From the NCBI GenBank assembly GCA_027366155.1, contig DAHXKV010000024.1, forward strand, positions 1 through 36,802: a stretch of DNA of 36,802 nt, in the 5' to 3' direction. A model generated the notes under the pieces. It did no database searches. It was not told the origin of the DNA and saw only the letters and a list, made by a program, of their open reading frames with translations. Origin of the DNA: Candidatus Micrarchaeota archaeon (GTDB lineage Archaea > Micrarchaeota > Micrarchaeia > Micrarchaeales > CABMGC01). Shown here one piece after another: positions 8,043 to 16,359 of this stretch. Each line of letters opens with the position of its first letter. Position 1 is the first letter of the stretch. The translations under genes and the position numbers were made by a program.

Positions 8043-11000
8043 ATGCCATCATATATATTCCATATGAGAGGCAATGTAAAGTCAACACTCACCATACTTG
8101 CACTGATGTCCTGTCTTGCCACCTTTCTACTAATTTTCTTATTGCATCTTGCGCCTGCGCATCGCTTCAATGGTGGCATCTCATTTGCAGGCGGAGTGAC
8201 TAACAATTCAAATCAGGCCACACCTCCCTCCAATTCCATTACAAACCTCTATTCAGTAAATCTCCTTGCCCAGTACGGCAGCGTCTTATTTAACGGGACA
8301 AATGAAGCAAATGGCAGTCTGGTCCATGTGGCCCCTGGTACCTACAGAATACGGGCAGATGAAAATATCAGCTTCTTCTTTTATCACTGGAGTGCAGCTG
8401 GAGGAGTGTCCACAGGCAACTATCTGGCGCAGAATACTACTGCGACAGTCACAGGAAACGGGACGCTAATCGCATACTATCATCCTTATGCTTTACTTCA
8501 CGAAAGCGGACTCCCTCAAAATGCGACATGGCGTGCCTTAATCAACGGCACTGAAGTAAGCACCACGAATGGAAGCATAATATATCCTCTAATGGCGGGA
8601 ACCTACTCTTTTTCAATACAGAATATTACCTATAATGGGACGTTTTATCATCCCGAACCAGCATCTGGCACACTCAATGCCGGCACACAGTCCAACATAA
8701 CGTTTGTGCAATGCTGCAAGACCTCCTTCACCGAGGAAGGCCTCCCATCCAACACGTTATGGGGCATAACGCTAAACGGCTCATACAAAGTGGCTAATTC
8801 GCCAAATGCTATATTTTTCTCGACCACCACTGGAAACTATTCCTTCTATACGCACAATTCCTCTGCAAACCTGACTGCCTACATGCCTAACATCACACTA
8901 GGCAGAGCTGAGGCTGGCAATTCCTATGCAATAGTCTTCTCTGCCCTCGCTAGAAATCAGAAGCCCATTGTCCCGTACGAAATAAAGATAAACTCTACAT
9001 ACCAGGTGGAAGGGTTTTCTCTCAACGGTATCAATTACAATGATGGAAACATTGCAGATATGCCTTCGGGTACCTACCAAATAAATGCAACTGCACCAAA
9101 TGGTACAATATTTTTCTACTGGAATACCTACGGTTCCAGAAGCATCGCAGTATCCAATCCAGAGTCATCAAACACGACGGTCTCGATAACGGGAAATGGC
9201 ACAATTACTGCGGAATTCAAAACCCCCTCTAGTGCCCCAGCAATCCAGGTCTCCCATACAACCAATGGGTCAGCAGCAAATCCGGGGAAAGCAGGACTGC
9301 AATCAAACAGCACTCCTGCAGTCATAAGCATGATCCGGTCAAGATTTGGATCGTCACTGTTTGTATACACTCCGCAGCAACCAGCCGGAGGAGCATACAA
9401 CTCCATCAATCCATATACTTCACAGAATTCATTCATCTCTACAAGCACGGGTGTGGCTAATCTCACAACAAGCGAGGAGCCTGTACCTCTCAGTTACCAG
9501 AACATGTCCGCGATGACTTCATTGAACGCGTCTGCATTAAGTTACATAATGGGAAGCATAGCCAATTATTCATCCCAGCAAGGCCACAATGCAGTGGATG
9601 TGGTAAATGCCTCTATCCATGCGTATTACGGGCAGGTAATACAGGGTGGAAAGTATGCGGACGCTGGCTCCATGCTAAGGTTTGCAGCATACGGCTCCCA
9701 GGGCGTATTAAGCATATACAATGTAAGCATACTCAAGACCGAGCCTAATTTCAGCATGAATATAGACGGCGCAATAATACACGGCCCAGGTGTATATCCA
9801 ATACACGTCCCCATACTTCCAGGGCAAACAGCCTGGAACCTAAATATCTCCGCAACATCCTCTCTCCTTCCGGGGAATTCGGGTACATATATCTATTATG
9901 TAAAGCTCTCAAATGGCACATTCCTTGTGCCCGTATCTTCAACCACGGCAAGCAGTTTTTCACAGAAGTTAAACAGGAGGCTTCCAGCAGAAATATCCGC
10001 AAACGTAACAATAGACTTTGGCGGCGATTCAAACTATACACAGATGGACCCTTCCGGCCCAACAATACCTTCGCCGATAAAAAACTACTGGCAGGTCACT
10101 GTGGACAACACCCAGTCCAGTGCCACTGGCAATTACTTCCAGCTCATGGTGCCCTTCAACGCCCTAAATGACAGCATAGCCAATTATGTAAGCAATACCC
10201 TTAACAATGCAGAGTGGTTTTATCCAAACGGAACGCTGATAAGCTCATGGTTTGAGGGCAACGCCTTGAATACTCTCCAGTCCAGCGGTTTTAACTCACT
10301 AACCTCCGGGATATACTGGCTGAAGTTGAACCCAAGCATAGCGGCTTCCTCAAACACCTACATCTATTACGGCGCAGCGGCCTTTGGCACAAATCTCCTT
10401 AGCAGTACTGTGGACGGGATGGCCCCTCAGCTCTATTGTGCGTCAGGATGTCCAGAGACAAGCTATGGCGAGTTTGATGACGGATATAATGTATTTTTGT
10501 ATTACAATCCCTCCCCGGCAAGCACCGCAGGATGGACTGTAGCTGGTACGGCAGGCCAGACTTCCTCCGCACCGGCAGGAAGCTACTTCGATACTACTGA
10601 CGCATACGATGCACATTCTGCATCAGGCGATTACCTATACAGACAGGTGGCCGGACTATCTGCAAACCAGATAATAACCTACTGGGCATATACTACGGGT
10701 CTCGGTAACTTCTTCTTCCTTACGAATTCGGCAGGCGCAGGCCAGATGACAAGGCTTGATGGCCGAGGAGGGACAGATTACTCCGGACTCGCATCAACGG
10801 CTTCATGGACTTCATGGTCGGCGCCTTCGTCTGGGCTGAGCGAGACCAAAAACCAGTGGTACAAATTTGATATTACTATATCGGGCACGACTGCAAACTC
10901 TTACATAGGCGGCTCAAATGCAATGATAGAGACACTTGGGACATTCTCAGACTCCCACGCCGTTTCACTGAATGGCAATTACCTTGGCCTGGTTGGAGAC

Positions 11001-12965
11001 GGCCTGGGTTCAACCTACCTGACATACTGGAATGGCATGGTAATACGATCATACCCTCCCAATGACGTGATGCCTACGACAACATTCTCGGCTCCCATAG
11101 CGACAACCAGCCCGGTTATTCTTTCCATAGGGAACAATCCCATATCATACGGCACCCAGACCGCCATAGGGGCCTCTTGCTACCCGAACACGTCTACCTG
11201 CGAGATATTAGTCAATTCGGTGCTTGAAGCATCTGGCACAGGCTCGGCCTCTTATACGTTCCCTACAAGTGCGGTTGGAGCATATACTGTAAACGGCTTC
11301 AACGCAAATACTGGAACGAGCTCAATATCCATACTTACAGTCACCAAAACAACACCCTCGATAACACTTCCTAGCTTCCCTTCCAACCTTACATACGGCT
11401 TAGTAGGATCCGTTACTGCAAACATAGTCACTGTAAACAATCAGCTCTCTGCAAATGACTATGTAAACGGCGTACTGCATTCTTCGTTCAACATACAGGA
11501 CCAGTTCAGTGAAAGTGCAGTCGGCAACTACACGATAACTGCAAACACCATTGGCAACGCGAATTATACTGCAGCCTCAATAACAAAAACTTTCTATATC
11601 TGCCCTGCTCCGAGCTCCTCGCCTTCCGGCATTGTCTACTTTGCCTGTGTTTATATAATCAATCGGCAGTCATCCGCCACGCCTTCCGGCTTTCAGCAGT
11701 CGATGGAAATAAACGAGAGCAGTCTTGCAGGATACCTCTCATATAATGGAAATGCAGCGAACTTTGAATATTTCTATCCGAACGGCACATTGATTCCTGC
11801 GTGGATAGAGGGCAACTCGCTTGGAGAGATTATGACGTGGATAAATCTAAGCCCGCAAGTGCCGGCAAACGGTAATTATCTTATCTATCTGGGATTCAAT
11901 GGCATCGGGTCAAACTTCTTATCTGGCAGTGGCATTTCAGGCATAGGGGAGGCACCATTACTCTCAAGCCAGTACGGGCAGTACGACGATGGCAGCAGCG
12001 TCTTCCAAGGCTATCTTCCCGGAAATTCCCTAAATGGATGGACAAGCGCAGGCACTGCAGGCCAGACTTCCTCTGCGCCTGCCGGCTCGCCTTTCGGAAA
12101 CGAGGCATTCTACGCAAACGGAGGCAATGGCGATTACCTATATACACAGGCATCAGGCCAGAGCAGCAACATGATTATAGAGTACTATACGAACGAGGCA
12201 AACCTTGATGACTTGTTCTTCTTGGCAAGCTCTTCAGGCGCCGGCCAGATCGGAAGGATTGGAAACGGCGGCGGATGGTACGGCGTCGCATCTTCGCTAT
12301 CATGGACTTCATGGAGCGCACCTCCCGACTCAGGCACCTGGTCAAACGAATGGCTATTGACGGGCATTGTTGTATCCTCTGGCGCTGCTACAATGTATAC
12401 GGTCCCATCGGCTCTTGACTACGGCAGCGAGATCGGGTACAATCAGTCAAACACATACACTACGGCAAACGATGGGGACTACCTGGGGCTGGTTGGCGAT
12501 GCAGGAGGCAGCACAAGTGTCGAATACTGGAATGGCATGATAATACGGGGATATCCACCCAACGGTGTAATGCCCTCCGTTGGGCTCTCGGCCCCTGCGC
12601 CTGCCAACGCATGCCAGATATCCCTGTCGGCAAATGCAATCTCATTCGGGAACATAAGCCCGGGTGCATACTGGCCCACCAATGTTCTCGTGACTGACAC
12701 CAACAGCGGCAGTGCAAATGCATACATGGGAGTGTACGGGAGCAACTGGGTCTTAGGGAGCAACAGCTTCGGGGTCTCCAACACGCTCTGGAGCCCGATT
12801 CAGCAGTCCTCCTATACTGGAACACCGCTGAGTGCAACAGCGGCCAACACCGCGATTCTGGTTCCGGCCGGATCTTCAAATGGCATATACTTCGGCCTCC
12901 AGGTCCCCACAGGCACGCCAGCAGGAAGCTATCCCCAAACGATAGTCATAGAGAACAACTGCTGA
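8043..12965 (+). CDS. Giant (1640 aa) secreted surface protein: InlB-B-like and thermopsin-type modules, two DUF2341-like + LamG-like super-modules, Ig-like domains, Cys-bracketed C-terminal domain
   Basis: The ORF is uninterrupted. The N-terminal signal/anchor reads MRGNVKSTLTILALMSCLATFLLIFLLHLAPA, and ATG 8064 is an alternative start ~28 nt after the AT-rich box AGATAAAGTTAAAAAC. 'ESGLPQNATW..LING' and 'EEGLPSNTLWGITLNG' modules are present. Two copies match the DUF2341-like pattern: EWFYPNGTLISSWFEGN...IYWLKLNP...TYIYYG and EYFYPNGTLIPAWIEGN...MTWINLSP...YLIYLG. Each copy is followed by a ConA/LamG-like body ending in YWNGM(V/I)IR.YPPN. Confidence 0.9.
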   Translation: MPSYIFHMRGNVKSTLTILALMSCLATFLLIFLLHLAPAHRFNGGISFAGGVTNNSNQATPPSNSITNLYSVNLLAQYGSVLFNGTNEANGSLVHVAPGTYRIRADENISFFFYHWSAAGGVSTGNYLAQNTTATVTGNGTLIAYYHPYALLHESGLPQNATWRALINGTEVSTTNGSIIYPLMAGTYSFSIQNITYNGTFYHPEPASGTLNAGTQSNITFVQCCKTSFTEEGLPSNTLWGITLNGSYKVANSPNAIFFSTTTGNYSFYTHNSSANLTAYMPNITLGRAEAGNSYAIVFSALARNQKPIVPYEIKINSTYQVEGFSLNGINYNDGNIADMPSGTYQINATAPNGTIFFYWNTYGSRSIAVSNPESSNTTVSITGNGTITAEFKTPSSAPAIQVSHTTNGSAANPGKAGLQSNSTPAVISMIRSRFGSSLFVYTPQQPAGGAYNSINPYTSQNSFISTSTGVANLTTSEEPVPLSYQNMSAMTSLNASALSYIMGSIANYSSQQGHNAVDVVNASIHAYYGQVIQGGKYADAGSMLRFAAYGSQGVLSIYNVSILKTEPNFSMNIDGAIIHGPGVYPIHVPILPGQTAWNLNISATSSLLPGNSGTYIYYVKLSNGTFLVPVSSTTASSFSQKLNRRLPAEISANVTIDFGGDSNYTQMDPSGPTIPSPIKNYWQVTVDNTQSSATGNYFQLMVPFNALNDSIANYVSNTLNNAEWFYPNGTLISSWFEGNALNTLQSSGFNSLTSGIYWLKLNPSIAASSNTYIYYGAAAFGTNLLSSTVDGMAPQLYCASGCPETSYGEFDDGYNVFLYYNPSPASTAGWTVAGTAGQTSSAPAGSYFDTTDAYDAHSASGDYLYRQVAGLSANQIITYWAYTTGLGNFFFLTNSAGAGQMTRLDGRGGTDYSGLASTASWTSWSAPSSGLSETKNQWYKFDITISGTTANSYIGGSNAMIETLGTFSDSHAVSLNGNYLGLVGDGLGSTYLTYWNGMVIRSYPPNDVMPTTTFSAPIATTSPVILSIGNNPISYGTQTAIGASCYPNTSTCEILVNSVLEASGTGSASYTFPTSAVGAYTVNGFNANTGTSSISILTVTKTTPSITLPSFPSNLTYGLVGSVTANIVTVNNQLSANDYVNGVLHSSFNIQDQFSESAVGNYTITANTIGNANYTAASITKTFYICPAPSSSPSGIVYFACVYIINRQSSATPSGFQQSMEINESSLAGYLSYNGNAANFEYFYPNGTLIPAWIEGNSLGEIMTWINLSPQVPANGNYLIYLGFNGIGSNFLSGSGISGIGEAPLLSSQYGQYDDGSSVFQGYLPGNSLNGWTSAGTAGQTSSAPAGSPFGNEAFYANGGNGDYLYTQASGQSSNMIIEYYTNEANLDDLFFLASSSGAGQIGRIGNGGGWYGVASSLSWTSWSAPPDSGTWSNEWLLTGIVVSSGAATMYTVPSALDYGSEIGYNQSNTYTTANDGDYLGLVGDAGGSTSVEYWNGMIIRGYPPNGVMPSVGLSAPAPANACQISLSANAISFGNISPGAYWPTNVLVTDTNSGSANAYMGVYGSNWVLGSNSFGVSNTLWSPIQQSSYTGTPLSATAANTAILVPAGSSNGIYFGLQVPTGTPAGSYPQTIVIENNC

Positions 12966-13039
12966 ATCTTAAGCTAAGGTCCCGAATAATATGCTGTCTT
13001 CACCTTGGTGCAAAGGGCAAACACGGGAGAATGCATATT

Positions 13040-13114
13040 CGGACACGGCGGGATTTGAACCCGCAGCCAACGGCTCCGCAAGCCGACATGCTATCCAAGT
13101 TACACCACGTGTCC
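13040..13114 (-). tRNA. tRNA-Arg (anticodon GCG), 75 nt, no intron, CCA not encoded
   Basis: I folded the reverse complement by hand. The acceptor stem is GGACACG/CGUGUCC with discriminator G. The D arm is GUGU-AACUUGGAUA-GCAU. The anticodon arm is UCGGC-UUGCGGA-GCCGU, with U33, anticodon GCG and G37. The variable loop is 5 nt. The T arm is GCGGG-UUCAAAU-CCCGC. Confidence 0.88.
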
Positions 13115-13120
13115 AATCAG

Positions 13121-13156
13121 TTTTTATATATTTTGCTGCCAATACCTATATACTTA
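13121..13156. promoter_or_regulatory. AT-rich back-to-back promoter region between tRNA-Arg (-) and the Zn-ribbon/aEF-1beta operon (+)
   Basis: There are two TATA-like elements, TTTTTATATATTTT (13121-13134) and CCTATATACTTA (13145-13156). The spacing fits the first element driving the + operon (ATG 13167). The second fits the tRNA (5' end at 13114). Confidence 0.35.
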
Positions 13157-13166
13157 TCGTGGTTAA

Positions 13167-13334
13167 ATGGCAAAGGCTCAAGGAAAAATATGCTCTTCAT
13201 GTGGCAAGCTTACGGACAGGTACGTTGCCTTCAAGTGCCCGGCCTGCGGGGAAGAGCTCATGACCCGCTGTGACGAATGCAGGGAAACGCACACTAAGTA
13301 TAAGTGCAGCAAGTGCGGATTTGAGGGACCTTGA
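13167..13334 (+). CDS. Small Zn-ribbon protein (COG2888-type, translation-associated), 55 aa; not in the supplied ORF track
   Basis: Direct translation gives MAKAQGKICSSCGKLTDRYVAFKCPACGEELMTRCDECRETHTKYKCSKCGFEGP, which contains four CxxC pairs. Its TGA overlaps the ATG of aEF-1beta (TGATG). This gene pair is conserved in archaea. Confidence 0.75.
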   Translation: MAKAQGKICSSCGKLTDRYVAFKCPACGEELMTRCDECRETHTKYKCSKCGFEGP

Positions 13335-13582
13335 TGGGAAAGGTAGCAACTCTCTTCAATGTTTACGCCAATCCGGGGAACGAGCAGCTTGTCTCCTCCG
13401 AAATAAAGGCAAAACTCAAGCCTAACAGCATCCAGACGGAGGACATAGCATTCGGAATAAAGGTAATCAAGGTAATGTTCATACACGAGGACAGCGAGGG
13501 CAGCGAGAAACTCGAAGAAAAGCTTCGCGCAATACCCGAGGCGAACAACGTCGAAGTGTCTGAAGAAAGCCTTATCTCCTGA
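13334..13582 (+). CDS. ef1b: Translation elongation factor aEF-1 beta
   Basis: The 82-aa product MGKVATLFNVYANP...IAFGIKVIKVMFIHEDSEGSEKLEEKLRAIPEANNVEVSEESLI matches the archaeal EF-1beta pattern (IAFGL..L.V......EGG....E..L..I.GV...EV). The ATG at 13334 overlaps the upstream stop codon. Confidence 0.85.
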   Translation: MGKVATLFNVYANPGNEQLVSSEIKAKLKPNSIQTEDIAFGIKVIKVMFIHEDSEGSEKLEEKLRAIPEANNVEVSEESLIS

Positions 13583-13820
13583 CGTTTCCTGTTTCTTCAA
13601 TGCTAAGTTATCCAAAGCCAGCTGAAGTGTCTGTGCAATGCCAGAATGATTGTCATATGGCCTATGCCAATCTACTCGTTTTTCAATAATGGAAGATAGT
13701 CCCAAAATCCGGCTTCCAGTCTCGGAACGCATAGCCGAATTCATCGACTTCAATAACTTCCGATTCAAACGCAAAGCGTACGTTGCAAAGGCTTTTAAGG
13801 AATGCTGTATTTATAAACAC

Positions 13821-15524
13821 ATGGAATTAAGGGGCGCAAACAAGCTACTCGGCCTGGCAATCATGGTCTCGGTTGCAGCGATGTTGCCTTACTCCATTGG
13901 CCAGCAGTCATTCTCGCAATTCGGCACCTGGCAATACGCAGTCTTCAACGGAACATCCTACATAAACGCGGGGACAAGCGGCCTTCCTGTTACGAATTCA
14001 GCAAGATCTGTTTTTGCATGGGTCTATCCAACCGGAAGCGGGATGATCTTCTCATATGGGATAAATTCGGAGGACCAAATGGACAATCTCTACCTCAACA
14101 ACGGCATGCTTGCATTCACTGCCATAGGGAATCATGCGCAGAGCAGCCTTGCAGTGCCAACAGGCACATGGAGCCTAGTGGGCTTCACCTACGCATCAAA
14201 CTCCACAAGTATAATGATGTATCTTGACAATAAGAGCCAAGAACTAAACCTCTCTCTCGGCAAGCCTCTTGATACTGCATCGTTTGGCAAATCTTCAATA
14301 GGCAAGCAGGCAAGCTGTAACAGCCCCTGCCTAAACTTCAACGGTTACATAGGGGAAGTGCGCGCCTACGAGACCAACATGACTGCGCAAGAAGTCTCAA
14401 GCATATATTATGCAGGGCTTTATCCTGGCGCAACTCTCTTCAAAAGTGCATTGGTCGGATGGTGGCCTCTCAATGGCACTGCTCTGGACTACTCTGGTGA
14501 AGGCAACGCTGGCGCATACTACCACCTTGCTTACGGCTCTCCATCAGGCAACTACCTTGTTTCAGTATTATCATCCGGAAATGGAAGCATATCTGCTGCA
14601 AGGTACTCCCCTCTACTCCCTGAAGGGTCAGGCCTTTCAATCATGGCGCAGCCATCTGTGGGCTACGAATTCCTGAGGTGGTCATGCACCGGCGCAAACT
14701 GCTACAATGGCACCGCGACCGAAGCCAATCTAACTCTAAGAGGGAACACAACAGAGACCGCAGACTTCGGAAAGCCGACCTACTCTGTTTTTGTAAATTC
14801 CAGTTCATCAGTTTCCGGCACAATATTTATAAACGGAAGCGCCGCTTCACATAAGATAAGCTCTATTAATCTCGGGTTCAACTACGGCAATAAGATAACC
14901 CTCTCAGAAAATGCGCTTCCGGGCTACATCTTTTCAAACTGGAGCTGCTCAGGCCCCGGATGCTACTCAGGAACCGAAAGCTCTCCAAACCTCACTGTCT
15001 ATGGCAACATAACCGAAACTGCCAACTTCAAGCGCGCAGGCGATCTTCTCAACGTCGAAACAAATGCGTTTCCCTCTGCTGGGGGAACCGCACAGGCTTT
15101 TGGTTCATATTATTTCGGCAACAAAATAAGTCTCACTGCGCAGCCGTACCTTGGGTACAGGTTTGTCAACTGGAGCTGTACTGGCCCTGGATGCTACTCC
15201 GGGAGCGAAAGGACAGTAACTGGGTTAATCCTCCAGGGAAACATAACTGAGACGGCGGAATTTGCGTTAAATCAAAATCAATCCTCCGGGTACCATCCAA
15301 ACGGCAGCCTCACCCGGGGTTGGCCACTTTATGCGCTAATTGCAATAATTATATTGGTACTTTCTGTTGTCTTCCTAAAGCACAGAAGGCACAGGCGTCG
15401 CAGAAAGCATGCAACACACCACAAACAACTAAACAATGAACCGAAACAACCACAAAGCACCGAAGGGACAGATACGCCAAAACCGGAAGGAGGCACTCCG
15501 AAGCCTGAAGTAACTAACAGCTAA
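13821..15524 (+). CDS. Membrane-anchored surface protein: LamG domain + three Cys-pair InlB-B-like modules + C-terminal TM helix and basic/Pro-rich tail
   Basis: The ORF is open from 13650. ATG 13821 gives a signal-like N-terminus, MELRGANKLLGLAIMVSVAAML. The LamG signature FNGYIGEVRAYETNMTAQEVSSIYY is present. There are three copies of GY.F..WSC.G..CY.G......L...GN(I/T)TETA.F. The C-terminal helix ALIAIIILVLSVVFL is followed by KHRRHRRRRKH. Confidence 0.85.
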   Translation: MELRGANKLLGLAIMVSVAAMLPYSIGQQSFSQFGTWQYAVFNGTSYINAGTSGLPVTNSARSVFAWVYPTGSGMIFSYGINSEDQMDNLYLNNGMLAFTAIGNHAQSSLAVPTGTWSLVGFTYASNSTSIMMYLDNKSQELNLSLGKPLDTASFGKSSIGKQASCNSPCLNFNGYIGEVRAYETNMTAQEVSSIYYAGLYPGATLFKSALVGWWPLNGTALDYSGEGNAGAYYHLAYGSPSGNYLVSVLSSGNGSISAARYSPLLPEGSGLSIMAQPSVGYEFLRWSCTGANCYNGTATEANLTLRGNTTETADFGKPTYSVFVNSSSSVSGTIFINGSAASHKISSINLGFNYGNKITLSENALPGYIFSNWSCSGPGCYSGTESSPNLTVYGNITETANFKRAGDLLNVETNAFPSAGGTAQAFGSYYFGNKISLTAQPYLGYRFVNWSCTGPGCYSGSERTVTGLILQGNITETAEFALNQNQSSGYHPNGSLTRGWPLYALIAIIILVLSVVFLKHRRHRRRRKHATHHKQLNNEPKQPQSTEGTDTPKPEGGTPKPEVTNS

Positions 15525-15557
15525 AACCCAACATAAACAGAAAAATCCCGAACCTGC

Positions 15558-16325
15558 TCACACTGAGATGAAAACCCGCTTCATGTTAGAATATGCGTGA
15601 ACCAGGAACTCGCTTCCTTTCAATGTCCGGATGCCCTCGGCTGACTTGGAAATGAGATCCTCCCTGCTTATATTCTTGGTACACACGAGAATTATGTTTG
15701 CCGTGTAGCCTGAAGTATCCACTCTGTAAACCTCGAATTTTCCAGAAAGGTTCTGTATCAGCGAGTCAAGTGCGGGGCCGAGCATCGAGCCGATGCAGTT
15801 TACTGCCAGCACTCCCTGTTCCTTCAAAGCCGCATATGCATCCGAAACAAATGCCGTGGTGCAGAACTGCTCTGGAATCTTCCCATCGGGGCCGTAGGCA
15901 TCGAGGATTATCAAATCGAGAGAAAGGTCCTGCTTTTTTACATAAGTGCTGCCGTCCTCCATTATTATGTTAAGGCTGCCATCTTTCCTGCCGCCTACGA
16001 AGATCCTGCATGCCTCGGCCATCTCCTTATCTGTTTCCAATATGTCCATTGCCGGCTTTCCCGGGAGTGAGAGGAACTGAAAAGCTATGGTGCCTCCTCC
16101 AAGGCCTATCATGGCTATTTTAGGATCATGCGCAACGAAAGCGAGTGGCATGAAGAAGTCCCAGTATTCATGCGTATAAACAGAGTTTTTGTCAACACGG
16201 GAGTATATAAAGCCGTTGCACTTGAGCGTGCGGATACTGCCTTTCTGTGTTATTAAGATAAGCTTACCCTCGCTCTTGAGGGAAAAGACCTCCCTTTCCA
16301 AAGGAAAGAGATCACCGAACCCCAT
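15558..16325 (-). CDS. Spermidine/spermine synthase-like SAM-dependent transferase (atypical)
   Basis: It has the motifs IAMIGLGGGTIAFQF (Rossmann G-loop), LDLIILDAYGPDGKIPEQFCTTAF and GVLAVN. These resemble aminopropyltransferase motifs, but the classical GGGDGG is absent. The ORF is open to 16394, but that start would overlap rpoL by 35 nt, so ATG 16325 is preferred. Confidence 0.65.
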   Translation of the reverse strand: MGFGDLFPLEREVFSLKSEGKLILITQKGSIRTLKCNGFIYSRVDKNSVYTHEYWDFFMPLAFVAHDPKIAMIGLGGGTIAFQFLSLPGKPAMDILETDKEMAEACRIFVGGRKDGSLNIIMEDGSTYVKKQDLSLDLIILDAYGPDGKIPEQFCTTAFVSDAYAALKEQGVLAVNCIGSMLGPALDSLIQNLSGKFEVYRVDTSGYTANIILVCTKNISREDLISKSAEGIRTLKGSEFLVHAYSNMKRVFISV

Positions 16326-16359
16326 TTTTCCTGCCTTTGACTTGCTAAACGCACTGTCT

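Noticed and set aside
13040-13114. tRNA-Arg as an integration site for the adjacent surface-protein island
   Set aside because: I saw no integrase or recombinase gene and could not find a direct repeat of the tRNA 3' half elsewhere in the window by eye. A computational repeat search would be needed to exclude it fully.
13178-13774. 198-aa ORF on the minus strand
   Set aside because: It runs antisense across the Zn-ribbon gene and aEF-1beta, both of which have clear family signatures. It has no motif or sensible start context, so it is treated as a shadow ORF.
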